Assembly: GCA_045655985.1 (NCBI GenBank)
Contig: JAZOQJ010000028.1
Coordinates: forward strand, 1 to 36,809
Source of the DNA: Clostridia bacterium
Lineage (GTDB): Bacteria > Bacillota > Clostridia > Christensenellales > UBA1242
Length of the DNA stretch: 36,809 nucleotides
Direction: 5' to 3'
The notes under the pieces are model-generated. The model searched no databases, was not told the DNA's origin, and was given only the letters and a program-made list of their open reading frames with translations. This document shows positions 6,569-16,400 of the stretch, piece by piece. How positions within the stretch are numbered: position 1 is the stretch's first letter; the number at the start of each line of letters is the position of its first letter. The translations under genes were made by a program, and so were the position numbers.

Positions 6569-8035
6569 TTATAATAACGAAGAAAACAACCTACACAAAG
6601 ACATACTAAGCCTTTTGAAAAAAGAAAATTCATTCATAAAATTTTTATCTAAAACATAGCAATTCAAAACGTCTTTTTCAAAAATATTATTCATTTGAGT
6701 TGTTTTTGTGTTACCGCAAATAAACGCATTCACCTCAAAATTAAGTTTAAACGACCTTGCGTCAATATTACACGTACCAATAGTAAAAATATTGTCATCA
6801 ACAATCATGGTTTTTGCATGTATAAAACCTTGATAGCAGTAAACTTTAGCGCCCATTTTTATAGCATCGTTTACAAAGCATAGTGTTGCGTTTTGTACAT
6901 ATTTCCTATCTGGCAAACTTGGTATCATAATTTCAACTTCAACGCCACTTGTAATAACTGTTTTAATAACACCCATAAAAGTTTCATCAGGTACAAAATA
7001 AGGTGTTTGAATACGCACACGTTTTTTAGCAGAAAGCATCATTTTAATCATGCCTTCTTTAATAGCATCACTTGTAGAATCAGGTCCCGAGGCTACAATT
7101 TGAACAAAGTTGTTTGCAAAAGTTGAGTACACGGGAAAATACCTTGTTGTCATATAGTGGTTTGCCTGAACTTTATCTTTTGAAGAAAAGCACCAATCGC
7201 TTAAGAATGTGCTTTGTAATGAATGCACACTACTACCTTCAATCCTTAAATGCGTATCACGCCATGGCCTAAGTTTTTTGCTTTTATTCATGTGGTCGTC
7301 ACGAATATTAATGCCACCTGTATAGCCAATAATTCCGTCTATTACTATTATTTTTCTATGGTTACGATTATTAAGCCTTGGATTAAAATATTTAAAACCA
7401 AAAATAGAAGGGAAAAATTGCTGAACTTCGCCACCTGCAATAATTAGTTTTTTGAAAAATGAAAGTTCGGTTGTTTTGCTACCTATTGCATCATACAAAA
7501 CTTTTACCTTAACACCCTCTAAGGCTTTGGCAATTAAAATATCCCTAATTTCCCTACCAGTTTCGTCATTTGCAAAAATATAGTAAAGCATATGAATATG
7601 GTCTTTAGCATTAATTAAATCTTCCTTAATACGTTCTAAAGTATCAGGCCCATTTATTAAAATTTCCACATTATTATTAAAAGAGTAAATAGCATTTGTA
7701 TTTTTAAGGTTAAAAAGAGCCAAATCTCTAACATAACCATATTGTTTAGATAAATTTTTATTTTCGTGCAACAATAATTCCGTTGCTTGCTTACGAAGTG
7801 CTTCGTCATAAGTTTTATTACTTAAACTTCTTTCCTTCATTTGCTTGTTGGTTCTAAAGCCAATACCACAACCAATAATCGCGTAAATTGTAAGCCCAAT
7901 AAACGGAAGTATTACAAGGGTTAAAATCCAAGCATAAATTCGCTCGGGTTTTTTTCTGTTACGCATTAACATATCAATTATAACTATCAAACCTAGTAAG
8001 TAGTTAAGAGCAAAAAGTGTCCAAAACGCAGCCAT
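6569..8035 (-). CDS. cls: cardiolipin synthase (phospholipase D superfamily, two HKD motifs)
   Basis: 488 aa. Two N-terminal TM helices. HKD motifs are NHRKIIVIDGIIGYTGGINI and IHAKTMIVDDNIFTIGTCNID. SD is AAAAGGAGGT. Confidence 0.9.
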   Translation of the reverse strand: MAAFWTLFALNYLLGLIVIIDMLMRNRKKPERIYAWILTLVILPFIGLTIYAIIGCGIGFRTNKQMKERSLSNKTYDEALRKQATELLLHENKNLSKQYGYVRDLALFNLKNTNAIYSFNNNVEILINGPDTLERIKEDLINAKDHIHMLYYIFANDETGREIRDILIAKALEGVKVKVLYDAIGSKTTELSFFKKLIIAGGEVQQFFPSIFGFKYFNPRLNNRNHRKIIVIDGIIGYTGGINIRDDHMNKSKKLRPWRDTHLRIEGSSVHSLQSTFLSDWCFSSKDKVQANHYMTTRYFPVYSTFANNFVQIVASGPDSTSDAIKEGMIKMMLSAKKRVRIQTPYFVPDETFMGVIKTVITSGVEVEIMIPSLPDRKYVQNATLCFVNDAIKMGAKVYCYQGFIHAKTMIVDDNIFTIGTCNIDARSFKLNFEVNAFICGNTKTTQMNNIFEKDVLNCYVLDKNFMNEFSFFKRLSMSLCRLFSSLL

Positions 8036-8081
8036 GTATTACCTCCTTTTAATTTTGTAAAAATTAATTACTAACTATTTT

Positions 8082-8111
8082 AGTATATCACTAAATAAAA
8101 ATTTAAGGCAA
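8082..8111 (-). promoter_or_regulatory. sigma-A promoter TTGCCT-18-TGaTATACT for cls
   Basis: Minus strand: TTGCCT (8111..8106), 18-nt spacer, TGATATACT (8090..8082). Confidence 0.45.
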
Positions 8112-8120
8112 AATATAATT

Positions 8121-8777
8121 TTAAACGTGAAAACTTTTTTGCAAATTTTTTTTCGCTCTTCTATTTTTAACGACAAATATTACAAACATAATTGCAAAGC
8201 CAAATAGTAAACTTGCAGCGCTTGGCCAATAAATTAATTGCTTTAAATAAACAAACAAAAAGTTGGCAAGTGAAAGTAAATCACAAATTACAAGTTGAAG
8301 TTGAAGTTCTACCCTTTCAAATTTTGTAATAGTTAATAAAACAAACATCAATACTTCACTAGCAAGTAAAAACAACGGTATTGCATAATTTATTCCCCAA
8401 CCAAATGTTTTTGTAAAAAGTTCCAAAAATATTAAGTATGCACAAATAGAAACTAAAGCAATACATGAAGCACCAAATAGTCCCCAATTTTTTTTGATTG
8501 GAAAATATACGCACAAATACAAAAGTGCACTAGGTACTAATAAGTGCCAAGAATAATAAAAGTTTTTTGTAACCATAAGTTCCAATGCAACTGCTAAAAC
8601 ATTAAATAAAATCAATAAACCAAATATAATTCTTACCGCGTAAAACCTGCCATTTTTGTTTGAAGTAATTTTAGGATATAAAACATCACCACTTATATCA
8701 TTATTTACAAATTTACCACATAATGGACAGTGCTTTTCGTTTAAAATATTTACATTGCACCTTTCACATTTATTCAT
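8121..8777 (-). CDS. zinc-ribbon membrane protein (N-terminal CxxC-x11-CxxC plus about 5 TM helices; DUF6320-like)
   Basis: 218 aa. MNKCERCNVNILNEKHCPLCGKF, followed by hydrophobic helices and a KNRRAKKNLQK tail. The DUF6320 label is from memory of a family usually annotated next to alcohol acetyltransferase genes in Clostridia. Confidence 0.75.
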   Translation of the reverse strand: MNKCERCNVNILNEKHCPLCGKFVNNDISGDVLYPKITSNKNGRFYAVRIIFGLLILFNVLAVALELMVTKNFYYSWHLLVPSALLYLCVYFPIKKNWGLFGASCIALVSICAYLIFLELFTKTFGWGINYAIPLFLLASEVLMFVLLTITKFERVELQLQLVICDLLSLANFLFVYLKQLIYWPSAASLLFGFAIMFVIFVVKNRRAKKNLQKSFHV

Positions 8778-8808
8778 TATATTTTTTCCTTTAATTAAAA
8801 ATTATATT

Positions 8809-8826
8809 TTGAGACGTGCTATCATT
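8809..8826 (-). promoter_or_regulatory. degenerate fourth copy of the ATTGATAC-N3-GTMTCAC quasi-palindrome, abutting a TATAAT box
   Basis: The plus strand reads TTGAGAC-GTG-CTATCATT, matching 12/15 consensus positions. It also shares the spacer and right arm with copy A: GAGACGTG is identical to the reverse complement of 34601..34608. A minus-strand TATAAT lies at 8806..8801, 2 nt away, and the ATG of the downstream gene is at 8777. Confidence 0.4.
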
Positions 8827-8860
8827 AACACAAACAAACCCACTAATTATCAGCAAATTA

Positions 8861-10297
8861 TTAATTTATATTGCTGTAAATATTAACGTTTATATTTTCT
8901 TTTGCTAAAAGCCTAAAGAAGTCTCTTTCAATTCCTCTTTCTTTTAAACAACTTGAAAAATTAATAGTTAATTTGTCATTAAAACCAATAACCGCGCAAT
9001 CAATTTTATTAAATTTTGCAGGGCCTAAAACAAAGTCAAACCTTTCAATATTTTCAGTGTAATTTTGAGGCAAATTAAGTTTTCCTAAATTTGAAACTAC
9101 TGTTGTATATTTCTTTTCCCCAAAAATATTATACGAAATTTTTAATGCTATATTTTTTAAAAACAAAGGTAAAATTCTTATAAACCAATTTTTTTGCGCC
9201 TTAACATTTGCGTTAATATTTTTCATCATGTTTTGAGGAGTCACTTCACGCATTTGTTCTTTAATATTGTTGATCATATTTTGAAGGCTTAAGTCTTCTT
9301 TCATTTGAATATTAATCCAGCTTGAAAAATTACGCAAGGTTTGCGATTCAAACATATTACGCAAATTACATGGCACGCTAATTACAAGCGGACGTCCTTT
9401 AGTTTTAATATGTTTAAACATTGCTTTAAAATAAATTGCTAAAATAAATTCAGTAATAGTAGCTCCATATTGTTTTGTAACTGCCTTTAAATTTTCAATT
9501 GAAATTTCACCACTAATAATATTAAAACGTCTTTTATCAATAGCACCACTTGCTTGAACTGTTTTAGTACTTGCCCTTGCACTTGTTTTTTTAAGGTCGG
9601 CATAACGAATAAAACTGTCCTCTATCTCTTCTTCATTAGTTTTATCTAAATAATTGTAATATGTTGTAGATACATCAAAGTCCTTAACCTTTAAGCTTAA
9701 ATATGCACCAACTAAACAAGTAAGAATTGCCCTTGCACCAGAGCCATCCATTAAAGAGTGGAAAGTTTCAAAACTTATTCTATTTTTAAAATAAACTACT
9801 CTAAATAAGTGATTTTTATTACCTATTTCGAATTTTGAGCAAGGATATTCATCCTCAACAAGCGCCACAGGATATTTTTTTAGTTGTTGAAAATAATACC
9901 AAAAAAAGCCACGTTTTAGGGTAACATTAATGTGCGGAAATCTTTTAACTGTTAAAATTAGTGCTTTTTGTAGAAGCTGACTATCAACTTCCTCCTTTAA
10001 ATAAGCAGAAACCCTAAAAACTGAATTCCAATTACTATTTTGTGCCGAAGGATAAATTAATGCTGCATTGTCAAGTTTTAGCCACACATCATCTTCCTTT
10101 CTCAAGTTTTTATTTTCCACAACCTGCTTTAGTTTTGAATAGTTTTTAATCAATCCCTCAAAAGTATTGGGTTTTGCATTTTTTTGTTTATGTTTATTTT
10201 CTTTGTCAAGCAATTTTTTAGCACGCTTTAATGCTTTCATTTCTTTTTTTGCATTATCTTTTTGTTCTTTTATTTGAGTTCTTCCATCAATCGCCAT
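8861..10297 (-). CDS. HxxxD-motif acyltransferase (condensation / alcohol acetyltransferase / WS-DGAT-like superfamily) with Lys-rich N-terminal extension
   Basis: 478 aa. The catalytic-type motif is FETFHSLMDGSGA (HxxxDG). The N-terminal ~60 aa are highly basic (KEQKDNAKKEMKALKRAKKLLDKENKHKQKNAK). SD is AAGGTGA. Confidence 0.7.
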   Translation of the reverse strand: MAIDGRTQIKEQKDNAKKEMKALKRAKKLLDKENKHKQKNAKPNTFEGLIKNYSKLKQVVENKNLRKEDDVWLKLDNAALIYPSAQNSNWNSVFRVSAYLKEEVDSQLLQKALILTVKRFPHINVTLKRGFFWYYFQQLKKYPVALVEDEYPCSKFEIGNKNHLFRVVYFKNRISFETFHSLMDGSGARAILTCLVGAYLSLKVKDFDVSTTYYNYLDKTNEEEIEDSFIRYADLKKTSARASTKTVQASGAIDKRRFNIISGEISIENLKAVTKQYGATITEFILAIYFKAMFKHIKTKGRPLVISVPCNLRNMFESQTLRNFSSWINIQMKEDLSLQNMINNIKEQMREVTPQNMMKNINANVKAQKNWFIRILPLFLKNIALKISYNIFGEKKYTTVVSNLGKLNLPQNYTENIERFDFVLGPAKFNKIDCAVIGFNDKLTINFSSCLKERGIERDFFRLLAKENINVNIYSNIN

Positions 10298-10386
10298 ATT
10301 TCACCTTAATTGATAATATATATTATATATAACATATATATTTTAAGTATATCAATAAAAAATAAAAAATCCTAGCAATTTTAAAA

Positions 10387-10420
10387 CAAATAAAAAATGC
10401 GACAGGTTTTTTTGTCGCAT
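10387..10420 (-). terminator. strong intrinsic terminator after the giant gene
   Basis: The minus strand reads ATGCGACA-AAAAAAACC-TGTCGCAT (stems 10413..10420 and 10397..10404), followed by TTTTTTATTT. Confidence 0.85.
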
Positions 10421-10431
10421 TTTTTATTAAT

Positions 10432-13400
10432 TTAACTTAGTACTATTTCATCGCTTTCAAAGTTTTTAGAGTGAAGCGAATTTTCTTTAACAATTGCCAT
10501 ATTTAAATACCATGTGTCACTGCTACTAAATATATAGTCGTTGTGACTTGGTGTAAATTTAATACAAATAGGCAAGTTGTCTTTGTCAAGTTCTGCAGTT
10601 GATAAATCGCCTGCTAAAATGTAGCAATTTCCGTCTTTTTCATTAATTTGAGCAACCAATATATTTGTCCCATTAAAATTATAATATAATTTTTGAACAA
10701 CATTTACTTCAATATTATTACCGCCTTGTATAACTATAAGGGTTTCATTTGTTGGTGTATCAACGCTATAGTTTGAAAAACCATTAATATAAAACTCATA
10801 CTTATAGTTTATGCCTGTAATATTTTGAGTTATGCTTGGATGTTGTTGGGCAAAAATATACTTACTAAGTTTCATAATAGTATTTTCGGCGATATTTTCA
10901 CGCTTAATATTATTATATACTGAGTAAAATTTATCAGTTTCATTAAAATATTGACTAAACTCAGCCGCATCAAATTTTTTGGTTATTAATTTAATTTGGC
11001 AAATAATTTTACTACCATTATTTTCTTGTACTTTTAGCATTTCATTTTCGCTATCAAGACTTAAATAGTTTTCACCTGCTTGAACATAACCCAAATGAGT
11101 ACTTCCAGCAAATATTTTATAAGTTTTGTGGGTTTCATGTGAGCCATAACCTAAATTAATGCCAGTTATTTCTTCTAAACTTAAAGTTAATCCATTTAAA
11201 TATTCAATTGTTGGGTTACCATATTCTTTAAAATAACCCGCATTATCCTTAATAAACAACCTATCAGGAGTTACTGTTTCAACTGTTCCCGCCTTAACAA
11301 AACCACCTGCACCCCCATTTGCTGAAGCACTATATTCAATTTCCTTTAAAGCCTCTGTAGTGTAATAGTAAGTACCATCATTTTCAAATTCTTCACAATG
11401 AACTAAAAGGCCATCATGAACTTTAAACAATTCTACAATTGTGCTTGGAATTGTAGTTTCCCCTTGTGTATATTCGACGGGTTTTAATTCAACACCACCA
11501 TAGTAAGTTTCATTATTTAAATAGAAATGTACTTGGGTGTTATTTACAATTGTAAGGCAAATAAGGTCTTTATGAACGTAACCAAAAGTTGTACTTAATT
11601 TAATGTTTACAACAATATTTTCGTTGTAATCCATCCAAGCTTTTGAAGTATCAATAACTAAAACATATGAATTTACAACTTTATCAGTAACATTGTTTTT
11701 AGAAACATCTTCGTTATTTTTATTTAAGCCAACTATTTTGAAATCATCTTGAGAATAGTCTTCAATAACACCTGTCATTTCGCCATTATATTTATTAAAT
11801 AATTCAATTGAGTCAATTGTAAATATTAAATTGTTTTTATTTAAAGCTAGTGCATTGTCTTGTGTACCTTGATATAAATCAACGTCAATTGTCATTAGGC
11901 TGTCTAAAATGCCGTAAGTTAACTCTGTATTATTTATTACTCCGTTAAATTTATCAATTACAATGCATGTATAGCCCTCTACGCCCCCGCATATTACAAT
12001 TAGTTTTACATAATATACGTGTGATACGTCAAAAATTTCATATTTAAATGTAACCTTGCCATCAACAACACCAAAGTGTGATGTTTCGTTTCCATTTATA
12101 TCGTAAAGCGTAATAACACCTAATTTTTGCTCGCCTATAAATTCATCATTATCATAAACTTGCGCTTTAATAGTTACGCCTTCGTTAAATGTGTATCCAT
12201 TTGGAATACTTTGTGATAAATCAATAGTTAAGGTGTCTTGAATTAACTGGTTGTCTTCGTCTAAAATATCGTTATCAGAGCTATCTTTTTGATAATATAC
12301 AATGTCATTATTTTCAAGCCTTACACCTACTTTTGTAACATTAGTTGATACATTTATAGTTGTTAAAGAGTCTGCGGTTACTATAAATTTGATAGATAGC
12401 AGTTGAGTGTATTCTGCTAAAGCACTAAGATTTGCAGAAATATAAACTTTTAAATCATAAGTGCCAATATCAGCAAAACCAACACTTAAATATTTTTCGT
12501 CTTCTAGCATTACACCTTGAACACTTACTCCGCTCGCATCAGTTAGCGTATATTTAATAAGGCCACTTTCAATTAAACTTTGTAAAGTTTTGCCTTGAGT
12601 TACAAACTCGTCAGTATTTTCCTTGTTGTCAGTAAACATTAAATAAAGTGTAGAATTTGTACTTAAATTTAAAGTGTTTTCGCTACTTAATACGTAAGAG
12701 TCAACTTTATTATAAGTATATAACCTTTTAATATTTGAGGTTTCAACTTTTTCTAAAACGTTATATGTAAAGTTTTCGTCCAATACTTCTTTAATAAAGT
12801 AATTTTTAGTAGCAAGTGCCCATTGTAGTTCATTGTTATACACAACATTTTTACCATCTAAATTATAAAACTCTATAATATTATCAGTATTAGTTAAAAT
12901 TTCCCAACCAGCAGTTAGTTTTTGTTCGTTTGTGCAATCTTGAGGTAAATTTCCACCATTGTCTTGCTTTAATTTTTCTTCGCCTTTTGTTATAGCAAGA
13001 GTTAATAAGTTTTCAAAGTTATAATATTGATTATCAATAAGCGCTACCATACTAAAATCGCCATAATATTTATTATTAAAGTCCGCGTCAGTATAAAATA
13101 GTCCATTTTCTGCATTAAAGTAAATACGTTTATTGTTAAGTTCAGGTTGAGTCATGCCATATGCCACATCATAAAATTTACCAACAATAATTGTTTTGTA
13201 ATTACCACTTTCTGGTTTTACTTCTAACGTATTTTCTTTTATAGTGTACACATTAACAAACTCTGTTGCGCTTTCCTCCGCGGTTTCGTAATAAATTGTT
13301 ATGTCTTTACTATAAGTAATGCCATTAAATTTGTTTTCGCTTTCAATGGTTGACGAAGTTATGTACGCGTACTTAAACTTGCTTTCGTCATTTTTATCAA

Positions 13401-16400
13401 TAACTTTTTCAACCATTTTTCCTGTGTTATCATGATAAATATTTTGAGTTACAATTTTGTTAAACTCTTGGAACAAATAAACTTCAATAATTTGATTATT
13501 TACAGAAATTTGAGTGGTTTGGTCATTTAGTTTATAAACCTTGCCTTTTTCCATAGGTATAAAACCTAAGTCTTCTGGGCTTGTTTGAGAATTTAAAATA
13601 TTTTCAAACTCTTTTATGCTATTTTCGTAATAGTAATAATAGCCGTCATTATTTACCATGTACAATTTACCGTATTGTTTAACGTATTCTTCATAAGTTG
13701 ACTGAATATAAGTTTTTCCAGCTATTAAGCTTTTTAATTGAACAAATTGCGGTTCTTCTTGCACGCCTATATTTATATAATAAATTACGCTAGGGTCAAG
13801 TTCACCTGCACTTGTTATATTGTTTTCTTTTTCTTCGCCAAAATAGAATGGTGTTTCAATTGAAGGTGCAACTTCATGAATAGTAATTTGACCTTCGTTA
13901 TCAACAGTGTAATAATAAATGTCATTTAAAGGCGTAAATACGTCTTGAGCCTCTAATAAATAGAAATATTTGTCGCGCTCATTATAATTGTATTTGCCAT
14001 CTTCAACAATGGAATAATATTCGCCATTGTTTTTATAAACTTCATTAATACTTAAACTATATTCAAACACTTGCTCTTTTGAATAAGCGTCCGCAAAATA
14101 ATATCTGCCTTCGTGATATTGAAGTGGTTTTGTGTTTTCAGTTTTTGTAATAAAGGCAAATCCATTTTGTAAGTAATTTTTATTAGTTTCAGGGTTGAAA
14201 GTTTCAGAATTATCTTCATCAGGGTTTGGCTCTGAAGCGCCATCATCCTCACCTTCATCATTTTCTTCATTTGGTGTTGGGTCTTCTTCTACTACTTGAG
14301 TAGGGTCAACTATTGCAAATAAATTATCATATGAATAGTATATGTTATCTGCTTCATTGTTTTTATAAACATTTATACCACTATTGTCATAATAGTAAGT
14401 TGTGCCATTATCAACTAAGGTATAAACTTCGCCTTCATACACTTCATAAACATTTGACGCATAAAATGAATCATTATATATAGCGCCCAAAGTTACAACA
14501 CTAAAGTAATTAACTTCAATTTCAACATTTTCTTCATTAGTTTTTGTACGTCTAGTATAAGTTATTCTGTCGCCTTTTTCGTTAAAGTAAGCTGTGTCTT
14601 TTGATGCGTCTTTTGTAAGAGTTAATTTTAGGTTTCCGCCTTCACTTAAAATAATTGAACGTAAATAATAAACTGCATTATAAGTAGGGTTAAACTCCGA
14701 AAGGCTGCTACCATTATAATAATAATTTCCGTCAACATTTACAGATAATTCACCATTAGCATCTTCATAAATATTACCTAAAGCATCAACTGAATATTTT
14801 TCACCTTCTTCAAGTAAACTTACTTTTGAATAATAATCATTGGTTTTTACAATAGCGTCTGTATGACTTATTTCTTGATTTTCAAAAATTACGTTATTGT
14901 TTTCTACTTTTAAAGTATAGTAGCCTGTTGAGTACGAAGTTAAATCAAATAAAATTTGATTTGGACCAGTAGCACCATCTGCTACCACAACGGAGTTATT
15001 ATTTGTGTTATAAAAATATCTTTTGCCACCTTCTAAATAATAAATTTTATTATATGTAGCAGAATGAGTACCATCATTTTCAGCGATTTCGTACATTGCA
15101 TAGTAGTATTTAGTATTGTTTTGAGCATCTTGATATAGCCAAGAATATAAAACCTCTTCACCATTATAAGTATAGTAAGTGTTAGTAATATTTTCGTCAC
15201 TTATTATGTCAGTTCTGCCAAGCATATTTAAGTAAATATTTTGTTGGTCAATTACTATATAGTGTAACAACTTGTTGTTAACCATATAATGAGTAACTTC
15301 GTCTAAAGTAAATTCGCTAATTTGTGAAGTATACATTTGTGAGTTTAAATACAAATGAATTTTTCCGTCTACTTCATGAACAAACAATTCTTCACCACCA
15401 CTAGAGTATGGATTATTTTCAGTATCAAAATAAACCTCACCATCATACGCATAGTAAAAATTATCGCCAATTTTAAGTAGGTTTTTGCCTGAATCGTCTT
15501 GATAAACACCACTATTTTCAAACACTTTGCCAGTGTAAATATCAACTACAAATTCATAGTTTTCTTGAGTAGAATTCCAGCCCTCAAACTTAGTATAATA
15601 TTTGCCATTGTAATAATACAATCTTGTATCATCTAAACTTTTGTATACAGGTATTTCTTTTCCGTCAACAACCTGAGTTTTTACAAACATTAGATAAATT
15701 GTAACAGGTTCTGTGGACGCTTTTAATGGATACAAAATGCCTTCTTTTAGTTCAATTGAGTAATTGTTACTTACACCAACACGAGTTAAACTTAAACCAG
15801 CAAGCTCTTGATAAATTCCGCCATTAATGTAATAATCAATGCCTGTAGTTAAAAATACATTTTGCTTATTGTTTACAAAATACTTAATGTATTTATAATC
15901 TGAACTATCATCTATAAAGATATATTTTTCTTCGCCATCTATTAAAAATTTTTGCAAATCTACATATTCTTGCAAATAATCGCTTGCTAGTGTACCACCT
16001 GTGTCAGACACACGCTCGCCTGCAAAATATGCTTTCCAAAGAATATCATCTTTTCCCTTTTCGTAAGTAATATTAAAGTTTTTACCGCTTAAAGCGCTTG
16101 CGTTATATAAAGCCTCGCCTTCAATTTCAACAATTATATAAGCTTTAAAATCTTGTAACGCACATTCAATAACCAATCTTTTATCCGTAAAATCAAACTC
16201 ATTTAAAGCGGTTATTTGAACATTTACGCCTTGATAGCCATCTTTTTCAATTAATTCAGTTTTAATGTCTATATATTCTTTATCGCAGTCATGTATTTTT
16301 GAACCAACTTTGTCCTGCATTTTAGGAGTAAGTACAACGTCTTTTAATTTTTTAAGCATACCAACATATGTGTGGTCAAGCCCTACAGCAGCTGGGTCAG

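Noticed and set aside
4898-8886. Short plus-strand ORFs inside rlmB, the DUF975-like gene, cls and the zinc-ribbon gene (4898..5122, 6034..6234, 6295..6477, 6695..6883, 6893..7126, 7250..7447, 8656..8886)
   Set aside because: All are antisense to motif-supported minus-strand genes, are 60-77 aa and lack SD sequences.
10300-10350. AT dinucleotide-rich tract (atatatattatatataacatatatatt) upstream of the acyltransferase gene, as a possible microsatellite or CRISPR-like repeat
   Set aside because: It is irregular, short and lacks a repeat-spacer structure. It most likely just provides -10-like sequence for the acyltransferase promoter.
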